Both the position numbers and the translations under genes were made by a program. A stretch of 64,000 bases of DNA from an uncultured Spirochaetota bacterium (GTDB lineage: Bacteria > Spirochaetota > Brevinematia > Brevinematales > JAOACQ01): positions 384,001-448,000 of the forward strand of contig CAWIGG010000004.1 of NCBI GenBank assembly GCA_963835575.1. Reading direction: 5' to 3'. The notes under the pieces are model-generated. The model saw only the letters and a list, made by a program, of their open reading frames with translations. It ran no database searches and was not told the origin of the DNA. Positions 56,913-64,000 of the stretch are shown in pieces; the first letter of the stretch is position 1, and every line of letters begins with the position of its first letter.

Positions 56913-58196
56913 GGGCGGTTTTAAAAACCGTCTAATTTATCAACACTTCCCTGATAATAGAAAATATTTTAAAAATATTTCTGCCAACAGGTTAAAAACT
57001 GTTTCTATTACCAAAATTCAGCCAAACACGGGCAATATTATCCATATCTTCTGTATTTTAAGCCGCACAAGACGCAATTCGACCTTTTACCACAACATAC
57101 CGTGCTAAATTATAAACCAGATTCATCAGCCCGATTTGGCTCTCTGCCCTTTCTTTTCCTATCGATCGTATTGTACTGCCGTTCATACTATTTTCAACAA
57201 AACCAAAAACATGCTCAACACGAACTCGGATGCGGCTCTTTCTTCTATTTTTTTCTTTCTGCTTCTCCGTCAATGGCTTATTTCTGTATCCTTTTTCGTG
57301 AATCCGGTTTTTCATCTCAAATTTTTCTAATATTCCTGCTACCGTTGGGCCAACATATGCGCTGTCCGCGTAAAACGGCTTCCCTTTGTCTTTCTCATTC
57401 AATAGAGGTTCAACTACCTGTGAATCGTGAACGCTCGCATCTGTCGTGACATAAGAACGAATAAGTTTTGACTTCACATCAACCTTTGTATGGTTTTTGT
57501 ATCCGTAATGCCTCTCTTTATTCTTGGTCATCCAGCGCGCATCCGTGTCTTTATGGGAAAGCTTATGCGTATTATCTTTCCAATCTTCCGGAACCTCGCC
57601 TTCTTTTATTTTCTTGTTTTCTTCGCGGCTGTTCCTCTGCCGGGGAACATCCACAAAACTTGCGTCTACCATAACGCCCGCTTTCCCTATCACACCTTTA
57701 TTCTCAAGATTCTCATCGAATATTTTAAAAAGTTTCTCTATTGCTTTCGCTTTCGTCAGTTTTTCCTTGAATTCCCAGATTTTACTGTAGTCCGGAACTT
57801 TGTCCGAAAGTGTTATCCCAAGATATCGCTGAACGGATAACCTGTCATTGATCTGAAATTCCGCTTGCTCATCGGAAAGATTGTAATACCTCTGGAATAT
57901 CAGTATCTTGAACATGAAAACATAGTCATAATGTGGCGCTCCACCCGGCGCCTTCTGCTCTTTCGGCGCCAAAATCTCTGTTAACAGCGGCCGGAACATC
58001 TCAAAGTCTACAACTCTGTTAAGCTTATCCAGCGGTGTTTTTACGCCGCTTAGCTTTTCCATCCGCTCCTGATATTCAAACAAGTTACGGTCTTTCCGCT
58101 TAATTTTTGTCATAGCCTTACCTCTGTTTTCTTTGACTATGATTATATGTTTTTATATACTATTTGTATATGATACGTGGGTTTTTCAAACCGCCC
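56913..58196 (-). mobile_element. IS5-family insertion sequence (1284 bp)
   Basis: IRs GGGCGGTTTTAAAAACC / GGTTTTTCAAACCGCCC (16 of 17 match). Flanks ataa/atta are not an exact duplication. Confidence 0.9.
57058..58113 (-). CDS. IS5-family transposase
   Basis: YNLSDEQAE, VPDYS, VDASFV, DTDARW...YGYKNH, YADSAY, RVRVEHVFG. Confidence 0.95.
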   Translation of the reverse strand: MTKIKRKDRNLFEYQERMEKLSGVKTPLDKLNRVVDFEMFRPLLTEILAPKEQKAPGGAPHYDYVFMFKILIFQRYYNLSDEQAEFQINDRLSVQRYLGITLSDKVPDYSKIWEFKEKLTKAKAIEKLFKIFDENLENKGVIGKAGVMVDASFVDVPRQRNSREENKKIKEGEVPEDWKDNTHKLSHKDTDARWMTKNKERHYGYKNHTKVDVKSKLIRSYVTTDASVHDSQVVEPLLNEKDKGKPFYADSAYVGPTVAGILEKFEMKNRIHEKGYRNKPLTEKQKEKNRRKSRIRVRVEHVFGFVENSMNGSTIRSIGKERAESQIGLMNLVYNLARYVVVKGRIASCAA

Positions 58197-58305
58197 ATTA
58201 TTAATTTCATTTATTAATTATTATTTTGCCGCCTTGACAGCCGCTCTATTTCTGATTATCTTTTATAAAGAAAGACATTTATTTAAAAATAGGAGGAAGC
58301 GGTAT

Positions 58306-58800
58306 ATGATAGAAAGCATTTATCAGATAGTCGCGACGAATATTGACGGCAAGCCGTTCAGCCTGTCGGAATACAAGGGCAAGGTTGTACTGATCGTCAA
58401 CGTGGCCAGCCGGTGCGGATTTACGCCGCAGTACGAAGGCCTCGAGAAGATTTATCTGAAATACAAGGACAAAGGCTTTGTTATTCTCGGTTTTCCCGCC
58501 AATAATTTTTTAGGGCAGGAACCGGGAACAGACGAGGAGATCAAGACTTTCTGCTCGCTCAAGTATAATGTCACGTTCCCGATGTTTTCCAAGATATCGG
58601 TCAAGGGGAATGATATCAACCCTCTTTACGCTTACCTGACCGGCAAGGATACCGATCCGGAATTCAGCGGTAATATTACCTGGAATTTCAATAAGTTCCT
58701 CATTGACCGGAATGGGAAGATCGTCAACCGGTTTGACTCGAAGATAACGCCGGAAGACCCGAATCTGACAGGGGATGTGGAAAAATACCTCGCGCAATAA
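58306..58800 (+). CDS. Glutathione peroxidase (Cys type)
   Basis: NVASRCGFTPQY, GFPANNFLGQEPG, WNFNKFL. Start after AGGAGG. Confidence 0.95.
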   Translation: MIESIYQIVATNIDGKPFSLSEYKGKVVLIVNVASRCGFTPQYEGLEKIYLKYKDKGFVILGFPANNFLGQEPGTDEEIKTFCSLKYNVTFPMFSKISVKGNDINPLYAYLTGKDTDPEFSGNITWNFNKFLIDRNGKIVNRFDSKITPEDPNLTGDVEKYLAQ

Positions 58801-58805
58801 TGTAA

Positions 58806-58930
58806 ATTCAGCCACAGAATTACACGGAATAACACAGAATTTTATATGTTATTATATTGTTAGAATGGAATTAAGTTATTTGAAATTATTTTTTATTTCT
58901 GTGTCCTTCTGTGAAGTTCCGTGGCTGAAT
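58806..58930. repeat. Imperfect inverted repeat built from 10-nt CACRGAA units
   Basis: Left arm attcagc-cacagaatta-cacggaataa-cacagaa. The right arm reverse-complements to attcagc-cacggaactt-cacagaagga-cacagaa. Confidence 0.7.
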
Positions 58931-58956
58931 AATTTTAGGATACTGCCTGAGTTTTT

Positions 58957-60129
58957 TTATACATTCAGTTTTTCTGAATCGGAGAGGTCTTTAGTGCTGA
59001 TTTCGGACTTCTTGGGGGCGATCAGCTTTACTATTTCCTTTAATTGAATTTCCGGATTGTCCATCAGTTTTTTCATTTCATTTTCAGACATTCTTTTATT
59101 CCTTATTTTCTCACGTTTATTTTCCACTTCCTTTATCATTTCCTCCGGCATGTTTTCCGATTCTTCCAGCACTTTCAGCCCTCTGACCGCTGTTAAAATA
59201 TTCGTCGCGTTCTGATAGCGGATATGATTATCAAAAGCCGCGATTATATTGACGATGTTTTCACGGTCCTGCGGATCGTACTTGTCCGCGAGGTCATATT
59301 CCTCAAGCCTTTTAAGCGTCATGACAATGGGCTCAAACGCTTCCAGCGGGATGATAAAAAATGATATGCTTTCCTCTATGTAGTAAGTTTCCTTTATTTC
59401 CGACATCGCAATGCCTGGAATAATAAAAAAAACAGTTCTGTATATGTCCTGATTACTATCGCTCTTTTTGATCTTAACAGCGGTGCTTTTTACCTGCGTC
59501 GATATATAGTTATTGATATTCTGGGAAGATGATGATTTCGGGTCAAAAATTACAAATTGGTCCAGTAATCTCACCATAAAATCGGGTTTTAACTTTGTAT
59601 CGAACCCGTCCGGCAGGTTGTTGTTGTCATAATAAGGCAATGACACGCTGGATTTTTGACATATTTCCCTCATGACCGATTTTGAATTATCTTCATGCAT
59701 TGCCCAAATCCTCGTTCTTTCCTCTTCTTCTTTTTCCATTTTTTTCCTGTCGGTTTCAGTTACCCTGTTTTTTTCTTCTTCCAGCGCTTTCCGGGCGTTA
59801 TCAAGATCGGAGATCTTCTTATTTGTTTCCTTATCATTGTTTTCTTTATTTTTTACATAAACCGTGTTTTCCGTATCCAGTTTTTGATTGATCCTGTTCA
59901 GTTCGCTTATATGGATTTTATATTCACTGTTCTGCCTTTCCAATTCGGAGTATTTGCCTGAGAGCGAATTTTTCTGCTCCAATAACTTGTCATATTCCGA
60001 TTTTATATGACGGTAGGATTCCGTATCTTCCGGCTGTCTTTTCTTTTGAACGCGGTCTAAAACCAGTAATATCAATACGGCCAATAATAAAATTATCAGC
60101 GCTAGCAATAAAATTTCCTGAAAATTCAT
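58957..60129 (-). CDS. RmuC-like membrane-anchored coiled-coil protein with a nuclease-like motif
   Basis: N-terminal TM helix, long coiled coil, KPDFMVRLLDQFVIFDPKS. Confidence 0.6.
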   Translation of the reverse strand: MNFQEILLLALIILLLAVLILLVLDRVQKKRQPEDTESYRHIKSEYDKLLEQKNSLSGKYSELERQNSEYKIHISELNRINQKLDTENTVYVKNKENNDKETNKKISDLDNARKALEEEKNRVTETDRKKMEKEEEERTRIWAMHEDNSKSVMREICQKSSVSLPYYDNNNLPDGFDTKLKPDFMVRLLDQFVIFDPKSSSSQNINNYISTQVKSTAVKIKKSDSNQDIYRTVFFIIPGIAMSEIKETYYIEESISFFIIPLEAFEPIVMTLKRLEEYDLADKYDPQDRENIVNIIAAFDNHIRYQNATNILTAVRGLKVLEESENMPEEMIKEVENKREKIRNKRMSENEMKKLMDNPEIQLKEIVKLIAPKKSEISTKDLSDSEKLNV

Positions 60130-60256
60130 ATTAATCCTCCGAAACGGATATTTAATTATAATATGTTTTTATCCGTTATGAAACTATTCAGTGTGTGTTG
60201 ATTATAGCCAAAGGAAAAAGGTCTTGGGAATGTGGGAATTTATATTGGGGCTGTTT

Positions 60257-62881
60257 TTAATTCAATTCATTTACTGAAGATACCTGTCTGTATTCCACAC
60301 CTTCAAACTCGTTAAAATGCGCTTGTCCGCATTTAATTTTTCTTTTTTCGCTTGTTTTCAATTCCTGCCCAGCCGATTTTGTCTCGGCGACAAAGTAAAT
60401 GGTTTTTTCATTCTTTTTTATCAAAGCCCAATCGGGATTATAATGCCCTATTGGCGTTTCAATTTTAAACCAGAAAGGAAGTTTGAAATAAAACTCTATA
60501 TCATCCCTGTTTTCACAATCCCTCGCGAAATCATATTCAACGTTGGAATCAAGAGGAACAATAGTGCTGTATATGGTTTTTTCCTTCTTTTTAATTTGAA
60601 ATGTCAATTCGTTGATATGGATTTCATAATCTTCAAATAGTCGCATTTCATATTCTTTAGCGCCTATTTTTTCATATTTGATTCCGTCTATCATTAAATC
60701 TGTCAATACATCGTTAATAGCAGAAACTGTGTTATCAAGGAAAAGCTGAGGATTAATCAATATGTCGCCGGTTCTTTTAGATTGCTTTAAGATTTCAAAA
60801 ATTGTCGAACGTGTCAGCCCAGTTCTTTCCTGAATATAGGAGAGCACGTCGGGTATTCCAAAAACACCATCAAAAGATGTAATTGAAGAAGCCTTAATAT
60901 CTGCAACTATGCCGCTATCATTAAACTCAAGGGCTGTTTTTGTTGTCTTGATAACGGCTCTTTTTGTTACCGGCATTTGACCGACCGATTTAGAAGCATT
61001 TTTTATCAGATCATCCGAGTCATAATCAACCTTATATGCCGTTTGGTATTTTATTTTATTCCAGATTTTCTTGAATTTTTCATCCAGCTCAAATCCTTTG
61101 CGATAACCCACTGCCGCTCTTTTCTGTTTATCTTTAATCCTGCCTGTAAATGATACCCCGCATTCTTCCTCAATTTCCGACTGTAATTGTCTGGCAAAAT
61201 CTTCATAAGCTTCATTAGCAATAACAGTTAGACGGTTGATATTTGTGTCATGTATGCGATTTCCATCTTGATTGACCGAAAGCCGAAGCCCTCTGCCGAT
61301 TTCCTGCCGTTTTTTCAGCTCCGAATGCGTTTCATTCAAAGTGCAAATCTGGAAAACATTTGGATTGTCCCAGCCTTCCCTTAAAGCGGAATGACTGAAA
61401 ATAAAACGCAAAGGCACATTGACATCCAGGAGCCTTTCTTTATCTTTCATAATCAGTTTAAAAGTATCGTCATCCGCCAGGGTATTGCCCTTAGTATCGT
61501 TCCACTTGCATTTTTTATCCTGAGAAAAATAGCCGTTATGAACTTCATCCGCCTCAAAGGGAATTAAGCCTTTATAAGAAGATTTTGAGGCTATTTCCCG
61601 GTACAATTCCTCAAACCATAATGCGAATTTACCCTTGACCGGGTTCCCTTCCGCGTTATAAGCCCGGTAATTGGCTACCCTATCAATAAAGATGAGAGAA
61701 AGAACTTTGATTCCTTTATTTTTAAATTTACTTTCCTTCTGGAAATGTTCCTCTATTGTCTTTTTTATCTGGATTTTCATAACCTCATCTGAAAGTCCGC
61801 CTAGAGTGTCCCCGGTGAAAACGTTTTCACCGTTTGAAAGCTCAATAAAACCATCTGCCACATCAATGCTGTTTATTATATAACCCGTTTTATAGATGTC
61901 ACGTTTATTAGACAAATCATATAAATCATCACCGACCTTCGCGGCAACTGTTTTCCGCTTAACACCTTCAACGGTATTTATGTCGATTTTTATTTTCGCC
62001 ATTGTTCGGGTTTTATCGGCAGTCACTTTTTCAAGGCTGAGAAACGCTTTATTAAAATCATTTTCCGTAACGATCGAATCCACTTCAATCTGCTTGACCA
62101 AACCAAGATCATAGGCTTTTACAGGGTCAAGGCTGTAAACCATATTATAGCGTTTGACATGGGTAGCCGAATAGCGCAGCGTGCAAAGCGGGTTCAGGTT
62201 TTCTATGGCTTTTTTTCTGATATCCGTTTCCATGTTCTGCGGTTCGTCAACTATGACTATCGGAAATGTCGCCTGAATAAATTCAATAGGCTTTTTACCC
62301 GTGAGCTTGTCGTTATATTTATTTATGACATTTTCATCTTTGGCAAAGGAATCGATATTTATAACAAGAATCTGGATATTATTGTTAACCGCGAAGTTTC
62401 TTAGGTTGGAAACACGCCTGGAATCGTACACGTCAAAATTGACCGGGGTTTTATCGTAAAGGTTCTGGAAGTGCTCAAAAGTGATCTCCAGATTTTTTAA
62501 AACACCCTCGCGAATGGCAATGGAAGGTACGACAATAACAAACTTTTTAAATCCGTATTTTTTATTCAGCTCGTAGATTGCGCGGAGATAGACATAGGTT
62601 TTTCCCGTTCCTGTTTCCATCTCAATAGAAAAGTTCATACCGTCCAGGGCATCCGAAATGGGAATTTCGTTTTTCTTCTGAATTGATTTTACATTTTCAA
62701 GAATCTGTTCTTCACTAAGATTCAGACGGTTTCCGATGCCGGCCTCATTATAAAGATTGCTTTCATTTATGATGGAGAAATCAAAGCCGCCGTTCATTAA
62801 AGGTAGGCCTTCAAATATCCCGACAATGGAACTTATCGCGTCAAGCTGGAATTGCTGGTTCGGATCGAAATGAAGTTTCAC
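60257..62881 (-). CDS. res: Type III restriction enzyme Res subunit
   Basis: FSIEMETGTGKTY, IVDEPQ, LRYSATH, HSALREGWDNPNVF, QEIGRGLR, YNPDW...FVAETK. Confidence 0.93.
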   Translation of the reverse strand: MKLHFDPNQQFQLDAISSIVGIFEGLPLMNGGFDFSIINESNLYNEAGIGNRLNLSEEQILENVKSIQKKNEIPISDALDGMNFSIEMETGTGKTYVYLRAIYELNKKYGFKKFVIVVPSIAIREGVLKNLEITFEHFQNLYDKTPVNFDVYDSRRVSNLRNFAVNNNIQILVINIDSFAKDENVINKYNDKLTGKKPIEFIQATFPIVIVDEPQNMETDIRKKAIENLNPLCTLRYSATHVKRYNMVYSLDPVKAYDLGLVKQIEVDSIVTENDFNKAFLSLEKVTADKTRTMAKIKIDINTVEGVKRKTVAAKVGDDLYDLSNKRDIYKTGYIINSIDVADGFIELSNGENVFTGDTLGGLSDEVMKIQIKKTIEEHFQKESKFKNKGIKVLSLIFIDRVANYRAYNAEGNPVKGKFALWFEELYREIASKSSYKGLIPFEADEVHNGYFSQDKKCKWNDTKGNTLADDDTFKLIMKDKERLLDVNVPLRFIFSHSALREGWDNPNVFQICTLNETHSELKKRQEIGRGLRLSVNQDGNRIHDTNINRLTVIANEAYEDFARQLQSEIEEECGVSFTGRIKDKQKRAAVGYRKGFELDEKFKKIWNKIKYQTAYKVDYDSDDLIKNASKSVGQMPVTKRAVIKTTKTALEFNDSGIVADIKASSITSFDGVFGIPDVLSYIQERTGLTRSTIFEILKQSKRTGDILINPQLFLDNTVSAINDVLTDLMIDGIKYEKIGAKEYEMRLFEDYEIHINELTFQIKKKEKTIYSTIVPLDSNVEYDFARDCENRDDIEFYFKLPFWFKIETPIGHYNPDWALIKKNEKTIYFVAETKSAGQELKTSEKRKIKCGQAHFNEFEGVEYRQVSSVNELN

Positions 62882-62926
62882 TTGTCTGTCTCCGTTAGTT
62901 ATTTATAATTCAAAAGTTAATAAACT

Positions 62927-63595
62927 TTAAACCTCAATATTTTTAGAAAAATCAAACATAAGGTGATACAGTTTAATCTTTTTCCCTTTAGTGTCTTTAT
63001 GAGTTGAGTAATATTGATATTCAAAATCCTTTATAAAACAGAGAGGAGTTAAAAAGTTTTCAGTATTCGCACCGGTAAAATTATTCTTCAACAAATTATT
63101 AATATTCATAATATTAGCGCCGATATCCATTTGCTCAACCACAAAGCCAATCATGCCGTTTAAATTATTATTTGTAGAATACTGGCCGCTAACAAAACGC
63201 ATAATGCCTTTTTTGATATATTCAGCATTAAGACCGGTTGTGCCTTCGAGGTTCTGATTATTCAATCGTTTGCACTCAATTATATAATATGCAGATGTAT
63301 CCAGAAATGTATTAATCGTTTGTACTTTTATATCGGTCCTTCCTTTTGTATTGTCTTCAGGGACTTCCTTGTCAAAAAGATATTTTGTTAATTGTATTTT
63401 ATTTCTTATTTCATTGTTTTTTAAATAGTTTATAAGTAATTTATCTCGGATCAGATTTTCATTATTTGTAACTCTGACTTTATCGGATAGCAGTATTTTA
63501 TAGCAACACACTATCTTTGTAAGGATGATTTCAAATTCCGCAATATAAAAATCTGTAGAACCGGGAAAAGCAGAAGTATTGAGCGGATTAGCCAT
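62927..63595 (-). CDS. Hypothetical protein with a PD-(D/E)xK-like motif
   Basis: GRTDIKV...IIECKRL. The ATG at 63595 overlaps the upstream stop codon. Confidence 0.65.
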   Translation of the reverse strand: MANPLNTSAFPGSTDFYIAEFEIILTKIVCCYKILLSDKVRVTNNENLIRDKLLINYLKNNEIRNKIQLTKYLFDKEVPEDNTKGRTDIKVQTINTFLDTSAYYIIECKRLNNQNLEGTTGLNAEYIKKGIMRFVSGQYSTNNNLNGMIGFVVEQMDIGANIMNINNLLKNNFTGANTENFLTPLCFIKDFEYQYYSTHKDTKGKKIKLYHLMFDFSKNIEV

Positions 63596-64000
63596 TTTGC
63601 TTCTCCTTGGCTCCTTCCCGCAACATTGCATCGGCAAATTCCTCCGCATCAAGATATGCAATTGCTTTATGCCATAGCTTCTTTTCATTGGGTTTTATTA
63701 TATAAAAACCATCCTTTTCAAAACCACGAACATCTTTTTGTATAAAAAGTGATTCCGTGATTTCCTGGCAGCCGAGAGATAATAATCTTGATATTAAGTC
63801 GTTTTCAGATTGATTCTCCCACGAGATGTACTCTGTATTATTCTCTTCAACTATTACTTTGAAAAACATTCCTATTATGTACTTACTATGCACTATTTGA
63901 AGGGTAAATTTTTTATTGTCCCTCGCAAAGGAATCTCGAAAGCGTTTTAAGAACACACCAGCATACTCCATTAAGAATGGCTCTTTTAACTTTAAAGGCG
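63588..64000 (-). CDS. C-terminal part of a large protein, probably an N6 DNA methyltransferase (type IIG/HsdM-like)
   Basis: The frame is open to the window edge. The tail YIIKPNEKKLWHKAIAYLDA resembles N-6 DNA methylase C-termini as I recall them. Catalytic motifs are outside the window. Confidence 0.5.
   Translation of the reverse strand, partial: PLKLKEPFLMEYAGVFLKRFRDSFARDNKKFTLQIVHSKYIIGMFFKVIVEENNTEYISWENQSENDLISRLLSLGCQEITESLFIQKDVRGFEKDGFYIIKPNEKKLWHKAIAYLDAEEFADAMLREGAKEKQNG

Noticed and set aside
56909..58200. Target-site duplication of the IS5 element
   Set aside because: Flanks are ataa and atta, not identical, so no duplication is claimed.
58306..58800. Selenocysteine in glutathione peroxidase
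   Set aside because: The catalytic codon is TGC (Cys) and there is no in-frame TGA.
1..64000. CRISPR array, rRNA or prophage
   Set aside because: No regularly spaced 25-45 bp direct repeats, rRNA-like stretch or phage structural genes were seen by eye.

Overview
Chromosomal window from an AT-rich bacterium, probably an anaerobic spirochaete. This assignment is an inference from hydF, a GH9 cellulase, an SPM-1/SPS-1-like beta-lactamase and spirochaete-style hypothetical proteins. The housekeeping core comprises lptE-like/holA, tRNA-Lys, yajC-secDF divergent from yidC-mnmE-mtgA, pyrG-panC-dut, argB, tRNA-Pro, rpsB-tsf-pyrH-rsmD-tsaB and aspS-GH9-metX-metW-acyP. Around it lie two runs of small accessory genes (about 2.6-9.8 kb and 41.4-49.1 kb), a CsoR-regulated copper efflux operon and, at the right edge, a restriction/defence locus (probable DNA methyltransferase, PD-(D/E)xK protein, type III Res, RmuC-like protein). 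Four different IS elements are present: one IS256, two IS1182-like and one IS5. The IS256 and both IS1182-like elements interrupt genes. The most notable observations are: an intact subclass B1 metallo-beta-lactamase of the SPM-1/SPS-1 type; two IS1182-like elements inserted at T^A with no target duplication, whose exact removal restores the host reading frame; a 36-bp IS5-like MITE with a TTTA duplication; a ~65-70 aa insertion in PyrG; a stand-alone CHAT protease upstream of rpsB; and a structured aspS leader. No CRISPR array, rRNA or integrase was seen. All family calls come from motif recognition, not database searches.
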